A DNA stretch of 64,000 nt. Source: a bacterium. GTDB lineage: Bacteria > SAR324 > NAC60-12. The stretch is from NCBI GenBank assembly GCA_965233585.1, contig CBDDTI010000747.1, forward strand, positions 640,001 to 704,000, in the 5' to 3' direction. Under the pieces are notes generated by a model. The model was not told the DNA's origin, searched no databases, and saw only the letters and a program-made list of their open reading frames with translations. Positions 28,425 to 37,762 of this stretch are shown piece after piece (positions within the stretch are counted from its first letter, which is position 1; every line of letters begins with the position of its first letter). A program made the position numbers and the translations under genes.

Positions 28425-30500
28425 ATGAAATCTCTCTACATTGTTCCAACAGAACCACGTAGCGGCAAATCTGTTGTCGCTTTAGGTATGATGGAACTGC
28501 TTTTGCGAAATTACAAACGTGTCTGTTGTTTCCGCCCCATTGTCAAAAGTGCCAGCGATGACAATGATTTTAATCTCATCAACACCTATTTTAAATTAGA
28601 ACAAGCGAGGCAAGATAGTTATGCTTACACACTGGAGGAGGCTTGGGATTTGATCAATCTGGGTCAACACGATGCCTTGCTTGAGGGGATTTTCAACAAG
28701 TTCAAACGAATTGAATCAGAATATGATTTTGTGCTTTGTTTAGGAACAGATTTTGAGGATTTAATTCAATCGTTTGAGGTAGATCTGAATGCGGACATTG
28801 CCAAATTTATTGGCGTCTCTTTGATGATTGTCTCCAATGGTAAAAATAAAAATTTACATGAAGCCACTAATTCAGCATTGATGTCACTGGAGTCTTTGCA
28901 AGAAAAAGACACAGATGTTTTTGCTTTGATTGTGAACCAATTTGCTGGAGATGACCCACGTGCATTGGTCTATGAAATCAAGAAAAAAGTCGCAGACCAA
29001 ACGCTTTTGGTTTATTGCTTACCTGACGCACCTGAATTGGGACTGCCAACTATCAGTGATGTTGTGGAATGTCTTGATGCCCAGCTTCTTTATGGTCAGT
29101 CCAAAATTGACCGCCACGTCAAAAACTACATCATTGCTGCTATGCAACTCCCCGGCGTTTTAAAGTACATGGACGAAGGCACGTTGATTATTACACCAAG
29201 CGACCGTCCTGATGTTTTAATTGGGGGGCTGTTGACTTCTGTCTCCAATTCATACCCTCACATTGCAGGAATTTTGCTGACAGGTAGTGAACCACTTGAT
29301 GAGAGAGTTGCCACGTTGATTGAAGGCTGGAGTAACACACCTGCACCAGTCCTTTGGAAAAAAGACTCTACTTCAAAGGTTGCAGAAGAGTTTCAACAGA
29401 TATACGTCAGAATCCGACCCGATGACCGACGTAAAATCTCCTCTGCCTTCAAACTCTTTGATGATTCTATTGATATTCCTGAAGTCAGAGAAGGCTTGCG
29501 TGCAGAAGTACAAGAAACTGTTACCCCAAAAATGTTTGAATATCGTTTAATCCAAAATGCCAAAAATCATAAACAGCATATTGTCTTGCCAGAAGGAGAA
29601 GATGAACGAATTTTAAAGGCGACAGATATTTTGGTCAGGCGAGATGTGGTCAAGATTACACTTTTGGGAGTGAGGGAACAAATCCAAAAATGTGCAACAC
29701 GTCTGGGAATCTCGCTGAACAATGTGTCTATCATTGAGCCAAGTCAGTCAGAACGTTTTGAAGAATACGCAGAAACCTATGCCAAGTTAAGACAACACAA
29801 AGGGATTGGCATTGACCAAGCAAGGGACATCATGCAAGACGTCAACTATTTTGGTTCTATGATGGTTTATTTAGGTCATGCAGACGGCATGGTTTCAGGG
29901 GCGATTCATACCACACAACACACCATTAGACCTGCATTTGAGATCATTAAAACACAAGAGCAATGTTCGTTAGTGTCCAGTGTCTTCTTTATGTGCCTGC
30001 AAGACAAAGTGTTGGTTTATGGAGATTGTGCCATCAATCCAGACCCTGATTCACAAGCATTGGCAGAAATTGCCATCCAGTCTGCAGAGACTGCCTCTAC
30101 TTTTGGGATTGTTCCCCGTGTGGCGATGCTTTCCTATTCTACTGGCACATCAGGTCAAGGAGAAGAAGTGGAAAAAGTCAGGCAAGCCACCCAAATTGCC
30201 AAAGACAAACGACCAGACCTTGCCATTGAGGGACCTATCCAATACGATGCCGCCATTGACCCAGATGTTGCAAAACTCAAAATGCCAAATTCCCCCGTTG
30301 CAGGGCAAGCCACCGTGTTCATCTTTCCAGACCTCAACACAGGCAACAACACTTACAAAGCTGTCCAACGAAGCGCTCATGCTGTGGCTGTCGGACCTGT
30401 CTTGCAAGGACTTCGTAAACCAGTCAATGATTTAAGTCGTGGCTGTGAAGTCCCAGACATTGTTAACACCGTTGCCATCACTGCATTGCAAGCTCAGTGA
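28425..30500 (+). CDS. pta: Phosphate acetyltransferase (long form, with N-terminal AAA_26/DRTGG domains)
   Basis: IVLPEGEDERIL, DGMVSGA, GDCAINPDP, EGPIQYDAA, FPDLNTGN, QGLRKPVNDLSRG. Confidence 0.96.
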   Translation: MKSLYIVPTEPRSGKSVVALGMMELLLRNYKRVCCFRPIVKSASDDNDFNLINTYFKLEQARQDSYAYTLEEAWDLINLGQHDALLEGIFNKFKRIESEYDFVLCLGTDFEDLIQSFEVDLNADIAKFIGVSLMIVSNGKNKNLHEATNSALMSLESLQEKDTDVFALIVNQFAGDDPRALVYEIKKKVADQTLLVYCLPDAPELGLPTISDVVECLDAQLLYGQSKIDRHVKNYIIAAMQLPGVLKYMDEGTLIITPSDRPDVLIGGLLTSVSNSYPHIAGILLTGSEPLDERVATLIEGWSNTPAPVLWKKDSTSKVAEEFQQIYVRIRPDDRRKISSAFKLFDDSIDIPEVREGLRAEVQETVTPKMFEYRLIQNAKNHKQHIVLPEGEDERILKATDILVRRDVVKITLLGVREQIQKCATRLGISLNNVSIIEPSQSERFEEYAETYAKLRQHKGIGIDQARDIMQDVNYFGSMMVYLGHADGMVSGAIHTTQHTIRPAFEIIKTQEQCSLVSSVFFMCLQDKVLVYGDCAINPDPDSQALAEIAIQSAETASTFGIVPRVAMLSYSTGTSGQGEEVEKVRQATQIAKDKRPDLAIEGPIQYDAAIDPDVAKLKMPNSPVAGQATVFIFPDLNTGNNTYKAVQRSAHAVAVGPVLQGLRKPVNDLSRGCEVPDIVNTVAITALQAQ

Positions 30501-31294
30501 ATGAGTTTGAAAAAGTTTCTTTGAGACCTATGAACTTACAGCAGGCGGACGCAACCAACCTCCAGTTATTTGAGGCTCCTTTTATTGACTTAACAGTGAC
30601 GTCTCCCCCCTACAATGTGGGTATGTCATATCACTCCAACAATGATGAATTAGCTTATGAGGACTATCTGGATTTTACTAAAAAGTGGCTAGCCAATCTT
30701 TTTCATTGGACAAAAGACTCTGGAAGGTTGTGCTTGAACATTCCATTAGATAAAAACAAGGGTGGACAGCAAAGCGTTGGTGCAGACATCACAACTCTTG
30801 CCAAACAAATAGGCTGGCAATATCACAGCACAATCATTTGGAATGAACAAAACATCAGCCGCAGGACAGCATGGGGAAGTTGGCTTTCTGCTTCTGCTCC
30901 CTATGTAATTGCTCCTGTAGAATTGATTTTAGTTTTGTACAAAAAACAATGGAAAAAAATGTACAAAGGGGAAAGTGATGTGACCAAAAATGATTTTATT
31001 ACATGGACAAATGGCGTGTGGACTTTCAACGGTGAAAGTGCCAAGCGAATCGGACACCCTGCTCCCTTTCCTGAAGAACTTCCACATCGTTGTATCAAAT
31101 TGTTTTCATATTTGGGCGATATGGTTTTTGACCCTTTTCTCGGGAGTGGCACGACAGGTTTAGTGGCGCAAGCTCTGCATCGTCAATTCACCGGCATTGA
31201 AATTGATGCAGACTACCTTGAACTGGCTAAAAAACGTATTGACCATGCTAGAAGCCTCTTTCAACAAAATTCATTTGTACAAGCAACACTGTGA
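30497..31294 (+). CDS. Beta-class amino DNA methyltransferase (SPPY, probably m4C)
   Basis: TSPPY before HPAPFP and DPFLGSGTT. Confidence 0.9.
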   Translation: MNEFEKVSLRPMNLQQADATNLQLFEAPFIDLTVTSPPYNVGMSYHSNNDELAYEDYLDFTKKWLANLFHWTKDSGRLCLNIPLDKNKGGQQSVGADITTLAKQIGWQYHSTIIWNEQNISRRTAWGSWLSASAPYVIAPVELILVLYKKQWKKMYKGESDVTKNDFITWTNGVWTFNGESAKRIGHPAPFPEELPHRCIKLFSYLGDMVFDPFLGSGTTGLVAQALHRQFTGIEIDADYLELAKKRIDHARSLFQQNSFVQATL

Positions 31295-31878
31295 AGTCCC
31301 CCCAAATCACGCAACAGGCTTTAATTCAGGAATTTTTTGAGGCAAATCCTCATCGTGATATATCGCATGCAGAGGCTGTGGATTGGCTTGTCGCAGAATA
31401 TAAAAAAAGAGCAAACAAGGTTTTTAGAGACCCAGATAGAGGAATCAGAAAACTTGCACAAATTGGTTTTCTCATCAAAGTTAAAAAGGGTGTTTATAGA
31501 TACGACCCTCATCTTACACATCAGAGAAGTTTAGAAGATTTTACAGAATCTCAAAAAGAACAAATTAAAAAGAGAGATGAATATAGATGCGTCATTTGTG
31601 GAGCAGGTGAAAAAGATGGAATAGAGTTACATGTTGATCATATCAAGCCCAAAGAATTAGGAGGCGAAGCAACAATAGAAAATGGGCAAGTTCTTTGTGC
31701 CAAGCATAACTTTCAAAAGAAAACATTCAAGCAGACTGAAACCGGTAAAAAGATGTTCATTCGTTTGTATGAATTGGCAAAAGTATCTGGAGATCATCAG
31801 TTGCTTCAATTCTGCAAAGATATTTTAGAATTATTTGAAAAACATGGCATCAATGGACATATCAAATGGGAAAAATAA
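31291..31878 (+). CDS. HNH endonuclease, likely cognate restriction enzyme
   Basis: RD.YRC.ICG..LHVDHIKP...GG.....NGQVLC.KHN. GTGA overlap with the MTase. Confidence 0.85.
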   Translation: MKSPQITQQALIQEFFEANPHRDISHAEAVDWLVAEYKKRANKVFRDPDRGIRKLAQIGFLIKVKKGVYRYDPHLTHQRSLEDFTESQKEQIKKRDEYRCVICGAGEKDGIELHVDHIKPKELGGEATIENGQVLCAKHNFQKKTFKQTETGKKMFIRLYELAKVSGDHQLLQFCKDILELFEKHGINGHIKWEK

Positions 31879-31928
31879 AAATGATTTTTGGCAATTTTTA
31901 AAAAACTACACCAATCAAACAACAGACA

Positions 31929-32681
31929 ATGACAACAGAAGCAGAAGGAATTAGGATTCAAAAAGTGCTGGCTCAGCAAGGGGTTGGCTCAAGGCGTGAG
32001 ATAGAAAAAATGATTGTTGAGCAACATATCATGGTCAATGGAGAACCTGCCAAACTGGGACAACGGGTGAGACCGGGACAAGATAGAATCTTGGTAGAGG
32101 GACAAGGTGTGAGAATTGACAAGCCTGTCAAACGAAAAGTGTATGCCTTTTATAAACCCAAAAATTGTGTGACCACTTTGCATGACCCTGAAGGACGATT
32201 GACTGTGAAAGCATTTTTTCCAAAGACCAAAGAACGTCTTTTTCCTGTCGGGAGGCTTGACTATGATGCAGAAGGATTGTTGCTGCTGACCAATGATGGT
32301 GCATTTGCTGACCGCATCATTCACCCAAGAAATAAGTTGTGGAAGACCTATTTTGTCAAACTGCAATCTGTCTTGAGTCAAGCAGACTTTCATAAAATCC
32401 GAATGGGAATGTATATTGGAAGAGATGAATACACACAGCCTACCAAAGTGAAGTTCTTGCATACCGTGAACGATAAAAGTTGGGTGGAACTCGCCATGAG
32501 GGAGGGGAAGAATCGCCAAATTAAACGAATGATGGAAAAACTTGGCACTCGCGTGCTTAAAATCAAAAGATTCAGCATCGGCAGCATCACACTTGGACCT
32601 TTACAAAAAGGCGAATCACGACTCTTAACACCCCAAGAATTGCAAGAGTTAGAAAAGCTCATTTCAAAGAAAAGCTCCTAA
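31929..32681 (+). CDS. rluB: rRNA pseudouridine synthase (RluB/RsuA family) with S4 domain
   Basis: RIQKVLA..G.GSRR, YKPK, PVGRLDYD.EGLLLLTNDG, EGKNRQIKRM. Confidence 0.9.
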   Translation: MTTEAEGIRIQKVLAQQGVGSRREIEKMIVEQHIMVNGEPAKLGQRVRPGQDRILVEGQGVRIDKPVKRKVYAFYKPKNCVTTLHDPEGRLTVKAFFPKTKERLFPVGRLDYDAEGLLLLTNDGAFADRIIHPRNKLWKTYFVKLQSVLSQADFHKIRMGMYIGRDEYTQPTKVKFLHTVNDKSWVELAMREGKNRQIKRMMEKLGTRVLKIKRFSIGSITLGPLQKGESRLLTPQELQELEKLISKKSS

Positions 32682-32733
32682 CAAGGCACTCCAGCCGACA
32701 GCTAAAGCTACCGCTGAGTTTTTAACGTTAACA
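32676..32733 (+). mobile_element. Integron attC recombination site (58 bp)
   Basis: R'' TCCTAAC, 5 nt, L'' ACTCCAGC, central AGCT-AA-AGCT hairpin, L' GCTGAGT, 7 nt, R' GTTAACA. L''/L' are complementary with one extrahelical base. Confidence 0.8.
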
Positions 32734-32736
32734 CTT

Positions 32737-33504
32737 ATGGGGAAACCAAACATGTCAGATAAAAGTTGGCAAAAAATATTTTTGGACTATCAAATTCTAC
32801 AGCATGATTTTAGTCAGTCGCCATTTATCCTAACTTCCGAAATGATAAAAACGTCCTGTCAAAATTTCACCAAAACGGGGGAGAAAGAAGTACGTATTTT
32901 GTGCAAGCAAGATCATAGAGAAAAAGTACCGACCATTATGGCTGAAAATGGTTTGTTTTTATTACCGGTCAAAAATGGCAAGTATGTGATTGTTAAAGGC
33001 GAAGGATATTTTGATATTCCAGAAATTACCACTAAGGCAAAATTCTATCAATCTAAAATATCCTTTGAATTGGAAACCTCACAAGTTGGCAATTCTGAAA
33101 TGCAACATTTGGATTTTGCCTATGCCACAAGCATCATTAGAACCTTTTTTAACGATGATAGTTTGGTTCTTACCATACGAGGCAGAAAATACACGCCAGA
33201 GTTTTCTTTCTATGTTGGCAATCAAAAAATCACCACAAAAAGCGTTCAAACAGAAGTTGACGCAGGCTATGAGGGTAAAGACAAAATTATCTTGGTAGAG
33301 GCAAAAAATTCAAAAACCCAAAACACTGTCATCAGGCAACTGTTTTACCCATTTAGACAGTGGAGTGAATATACTCAAAAACAAATATGCTTAGTATTCT
33401 TTGAAAAAAGGGACTCTGAGTATATGCTGTGGCAATACAAATTCAAAAACAAAGACGATTATAATAGCATTGAGTTAGTTAATAGTTGTAAATACTATCT
33501 ATGA
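32737..33504 (+). CDS. PD-(D/E)XK type II restriction endonuclease-like protein
   Basis: EVDAGYEG....LVEAK motif, AT-rich, ATGA-coupled to an MTase. Confidence 0.75.
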   Translation: MGKPNMSDKSWQKIFLDYQILQHDFSQSPFILTSEMIKTSCQNFTKTGEKEVRILCKQDHREKVPTIMAENGLFLLPVKNGKYVIVKGEGYFDIPEITTKAKFYQSKISFELETSQVGNSEMQHLDFAYATSIIRTFFNDDSLVLTIRGRKYTPEFSFYVGNQKITTKSVQTEVDAGYEGKDKIILVEAKNSKTQNTVIRQLFYPFRQWSEYTQKQICLVFFEKRDSEYMLWQYKFKNKDDYNSIELVNSCKYYL

Positions 33505-34310
33505 AAGATTACTTTTTTTATCAGTCTGAAAAATCAGTTCTGCTGTATGGAGACAGTTTGTTATTATTGGATAAATTAGCATCCAGTAATAGTCGTTTTG
33601 ATTTGATTTTTGCTGATCCGCCTTATTTTCTTTCTAATGGGGGTATGAGTGTACATGCTGGCAAGCGTGTAAAAGTAGATAAAGGAACTTGGGATAAATC
33701 CAATGGCTTTGATGCTGATTATGAATTTACTTATCAGTGGATTAGTAGATGTAGAGAATTATTAATTGACAATGGTACTATTTGGATTAGTGGTACATTG
33801 CACAATATTTACCTAGTAGGTTTTATACTGCAAAAATTGGGTTTTACTATTTTAAATGACATTGAATGGTTTAAGCCAAACGCCCCTCCTCATCTAGCAT
33901 GTCGTTACTTTGCCCATGCTCATGAAACGCTTTTATGGTCAAAAAAATCTAAAAAATCCAAGCATACTTTTCACTATGAGCAAATGAAAAAATGGCAAGG
34001 TGGCAAAGACATTATCAAAAATGAAAACAAGCAAATGCGCAGTGTGTGGGCAATACCACTTACACCAAAAAGTGAGAAAAAATTTGGCAAACATCCTACA
34101 CAAAAACCTGAAGAACTTTTAAGAAGAGTCATTCTATCTTCCAGTAATGCAGGTGATACTATCCTAGATCCTTTTTGTGGCAGTGGTACAACTGGAGTTG
34201 TATCTGTTCAGTATGGTAGGAATTTTATTGGTATAGATCATAACAGCGATTTCTTAGAGATTGCAAAGCAGAGAATAGAAGAAAAAAGCAATATATTGTC
34301 ATTGTTTTAG
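33501..34310 (+). CDS. Beta-class m6A DNA methyltransferase (DpnA-like)
   Basis: FADPPYFLSNGG..VDKG.WDK, HPTQKP, DPFCGSGTTG. Confidence 0.9.
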   Translation: MKDYFFYQSEKSVLLYGDSLLLLDKLASSNSRFDLIFADPPYFLSNGGMSVHAGKRVKVDKGTWDKSNGFDADYEFTYQWISRCRELLIDNGTIWISGTLHNIYLVGFILQKLGFTILNDIEWFKPNAPPHLACRYFAHAHETLLWSKKSKKSKHTFHYEQMKKWQGGKDIIKNENKQMRSVWAIPLTPKSEKKFGKHPTQKPEELLRRVILSSSNAGDTILDPFCGSGTTGVVSVQYGRNFIGIDHNSDFLEIAKQRIEEKSNILSLF

Positions 34311-34544
34311 TGCTAATAAATCATTACAACTGCAATCCAAATTTTTTAATTTTTTGCAAAAATGTCTTGCCAAGTTGGATTAAGAGTTGCCCACCATTCC
34401 TTGAGATTTTGTGACATCGTTTTTTCCTTAAATTAAAAATTGGGTTTTAAAAAGTTGATGATGATACTTGAGTTTTGAGATGATGAACAAGTTTTTTCTT
34501 TTCACAAGAGGCATCTGATAGGCAAACATGCTGACTAAAGAGGT

Positions 34545-35171
34545 TCAAAAGAAAAGACGACTTAACTCTGAATAGGAAATAAAAAAAGCAAAGCACAAGA
34601 TGACTAGGGCAAACAATTTGTCAATCATGGCTTGATACTTTTGGAAGATGCGTTTGATGTGTCCCTGATTCAGCAACGTGGCAACCAACACAAACCAAAT
34701 CAAAGTCCAAATCGTGATGACGAAAGCAAGGGCAAAAAAAGACCACCCTGACCAACCTTGTTGCACAAGAGGAGACATGACATTGACAAAGAAAATCCAT
34801 GCCTTCGGGTTCAGTAAATTGGTCAAATAGCCGTTTTTCAGGGCGTTCCAATGGCTTGAAAAACTTAAAGGCTGCAAAGCAGTCCAACTTTCAGACTTGG
34901 CAAATAATCCAGAAAGAGCCATTTTGAACAGCCACAGCCCACCCAAAATGACAATCATGCTGTACATCCATTTGGATTGACTGATGAGTGCGGACAGACC
35001 AAAATAGGTCAATAAAAGATGTGTTGCTACTCCACTTGCAATGCCCAAGCAACAAGTCATCGTCTCACTTTGCTTGCCTGAAAGACTACACCTTGCCACC
35101 AGAAAAAAATCAGGACCAGGACTTACTACTGCCATCACATGCACCCCAAATAACACTAAAAAAGTACTCAT
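34545..35171 (-). CDS. LysE/RhtB family translocator
   Basis: SPGPDFFLV, G.LTNLLNPKA. Confidence 0.9.
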   Translation of the reverse strand: MSTFLVLFGVHVMAVVSPGPDFFLVARCSLSGKQSETMTCCLGIASGVATHLLLTYFGLSALISQSKWMYSMIVILGGLWLFKMALSGLFAKSESWTALQPLSFSSHWNALKNGYLTNLLNPKAWIFFVNVMSPLVQQGWSGWSFFALAFVITIWTLIWFVLVATLLNQGHIKRIFQKYQAMIDKLFALVILCFAFFISYSELSRLFF

Positions 35172-35219
35172 GTCTATCCAACCCTAAACGTTTGAATCCT
35201 AGTTTATTCCATTTTCAAA

Positions 35220-36782
35220 ATGTCAAACAACCCTTTTGAATTTAAAATAGAACATCAACAAGTTTTCCTTCGGTTTCTCAAACCCTGCTCAGTTTCTAAA
35301 ATTCTTGAACCCCTGCAATATGAACTCTTCCAGTATGAGGTTGAGTATCTGCCAGACAGACTTTTGAAGCTGTCCCAAAATCAAAGTCAAACGTGGCAAT
35401 ATCTTTGCGAGTTTGGCAGCCGTCTTTATCAATACGAAGTCCGTCTTTCTCAAGGACACCATGAAGCCTATTTGACAATCGTCCCGCCCTTTCACGATGA
35501 CATTGAACCCCCAACTTTTGAGGAATTGCACCAAGTGTTAAAGCATCATGGGGTCTTGTCAGGCATTTTGGAATCAGAATGCCAAAAGATGCTACAAGAT
35601 GAAATTTTTTATGAACCTTGTCTTGTGGCAAAGTCTTCTCCTGCGGTGCAAGGGAACAATGGCAAACTTCAAATCATTTATCCTGCTGACAAACACTTCC
35701 ATCATTTACAGCAAATCAATTATCGTGAAAAAGGGACGTTGAGAACGGTTGTGCAAGGTGAATGGATTGCACGATTGATTCCCCCCACTACTGGGCAAGA
35801 TGGTTGGCTAGTCAATGGTCAAATTCTTTCTGCCAAAGCAGGCAAACCTTGTAGAGTGTATGCAGGAAAAGGGGTCACTTACAACCAAGACACTCATCAA
35901 TTTCATACAGAATCTGCAGGCTTTTTGCTTTTTGACAACAAACGATTGTCTGTGGAAAACATTTTGCGTGTGCCTTGTGTCAATCCAGAAATTGGCAATC
36001 TTAACTTTGATGGCAAGCTCTACATTGAAGGAGACGTGGAAGATGGCTATGAAGTCCGTGCCACTCAAGGCATTGAAGTCAAAGGAGTCGTTGGAAAGTC
36101 GTTGTTGGAAACCGATGGTTCTCTTTATATTCATGGGGGCGTCTGGGGTGCAACACTCCGTGCCAAGCAAATCATTTTTTTCCGTTTTGCATGTGATGCT
36201 AAAGTGCAACATGCCAGACACATCTACATTCAGCATTATGCCACGCACTGCGATTTGGAGGCTGAGGTGTCAGTCAAGGTGAAGGCACAAGATGGCTTCA
36301 TTTATGGTGGAAAAACAAGGGCAGGGCTTTTGATTTCTCTACCAAATGCAGGGTCTGAAAAGTGGGAAGTGACCAGCATCTTTCAAACAGGACTTTCTGC
36401 AAAAGAGGCTCAAACGTTGGCTTCTACTAAACAACAAGCTAAGCAACTTGAAGAATTTAAACGTCTGCGACACCAGTACATCAAACACCGTCAAAACATC
36501 AATCCCAAGCCCTTTCAAACGCTTTGTAACAACCTTCATGCACAAGCACGACTTCAACATCGTTTCAAGGAAACAGGGCATTCGTTCCAAGATGGAGTCA
36601 TTTTGGTCAATAATCACATCTTTCAAGGCAGTCAAATTCAAATAGGGCAGGCAGGCTATCTTGTCCAAACAGCACTCAAACATGTTGCTTTTATTGCACC
36701 CAAGTCCAAAGTCACCCCAACAGACATAGATGACCTAGACCTTCAAAAATTTCTCATTGCCAAATCACATCATGCAAATTGA
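35220..36782 (+). CDS. FapA / DUF342 family protein
   Basis: L...GV..GI, P.QG.NG, PPT.G.DG..V.G, GNL.FDG..I.GDVEDG.EV.A..GI.V.G, C-terminal I.QG.QIQIG. Confidence 0.8.
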   Translation: MSNNPFEFKIEHQQVFLRFLKPCSVSKILEPLQYELFQYEVEYLPDRLLKLSQNQSQTWQYLCEFGSRLYQYEVRLSQGHHEAYLTIVPPFHDDIEPPTFEELHQVLKHHGVLSGILESECQKMLQDEIFYEPCLVAKSSPAVQGNNGKLQIIYPADKHFHHLQQINYREKGTLRTVVQGEWIARLIPPTTGQDGWLVNGQILSAKAGKPCRVYAGKGVTYNQDTHQFHTESAGFLLFDNKRLSVENILRVPCVNPEIGNLNFDGKLYIEGDVEDGYEVRATQGIEVKGVVGKSLLETDGSLYIHGGVWGATLRAKQIIFFRFACDAKVQHARHIYIQHYATHCDLEAEVSVKVKAQDGFIYGGKTRAGLLISLPNAGSEKWEVTSIFQTGLSAKEAQTLASTKQQAKQLEEFKRLRHQYIKHRQNINPKPFQTLCNNLHAQARLQHRFKETGHSFQDGVILVNNHIFQGSQIQIGQAGYLVQTALKHVAFIAPKSKVTPTDIDDLDLQKFLIAKSHHAN

Positions 36783-36808
36783 ATGTTCTTAAAGCAATTT
36801 ACTGTTTT

Positions 36809-37762
36809 TCAATGCCTCCAAAGCTCTAATTTTGTCAAAATGGCTTTCTGAACGTGCAAGCGGTTTTCTGCTTGGTCCCAGACCACAGATTGCTTGCCTT
36901 CTAAAACATCATGTGTGATTTCACGACCTTTTTCTGCTGGTAAGCAGTGCATCACGATTGCATCAGGGCTGGCACATTTCAGCAAGTCTTGATTCACTTG
37001 AAAGGGTTGTAATTTTTGTAGTCGCTCTTCAAGCATTTCTTTTTCTCCCATACTTGCCCAAACATCTGTATAAATCACTTCTGCTTGCGAGACAGCTTCT
37101 TTGGCATCATGGAGAATTTGAATTTTAGAAGATTTGTTCTGACTTGCAATTTTTAGTATTTGGGGGTCTGGCATGGTGTCAGGAGACGTTGCGATGGTGA
37201 ACTCTATTGGAATCCTTGCCGCAAGGGCGAGCCATGAATGAACAATGTTGTTGCCATCTCCAAGATAAGTGATTTTTTTGTTTTCCAGTGAACCAAGACG
37301 TTCAATGATGGTGAAGGCATCAGCAAAGATTTGGCAAGGGTGGCTCCAGTCTGTCAGCATATTGACCACAGGCACAGAGGCATATTTTGCCAACTCTTCC
37401 ACGTCTTCATGTGCAAAAGTACGAATCAAAATGCCATCAACATAGCGCGAGATGACACGTGCAACATCTGCAACAGATTCACGTTTGCCTATCTCAAAAT
37501 CTGCTTGTGTCAAATGAATACATGTTCCCCCTAGTTGTGTGATGCCTGCCTCAAATGAAACACGAGTTCTCAATGAATTTTTGTGAAAGAACATTGCATA
37601 AATTTTATTGAGCAACGTTTTGGGACATTCCCCTTGTTTCTGTAAACTTTTGAGCTTTTTGGCAAACTCTAGTGTTTCAAGAATGTCTTCAGGCGTCCAG
37701 TCTAGGAATGTTAACAAATTTTTTTTAGTTTGCATGTGGACAGTTTCATTCATGTTCAACAA
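36809..37762 (-). CDS. argF: Ornithine carbamoyltransferase
   Basis: NSLRTRVSFE, HPCQ, GDGNN, TDVWASMG, HCLP, QAENR. Confidence 0.95.
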   Translation of the reverse strand: MLNMNETVHMQTKKNLLTFLDWTPEDILETLEFAKKLKSLQKQGECPKTLLNKIYAMFFHKNSLRTRVSFEAGITQLGGTCIHLTQADFEIGKRESVADVARVISRYVDGILIRTFAHEDVEELAKYASVPVVNMLTDWSHPCQIFADAFTIIERLGSLENKKITYLGDGNNIVHSWLALAARIPIEFTIATSPDTMPDPQILKIASQNKSSKIQILHDAKEAVSQAEVIYTDVWASMGEKEMLEERLQKLQPFQVNQDLLKCASPDAIVMHCLPAEKGREITHDVLEGKQSVVWDQAENRLHVQKAILTKLELWRH

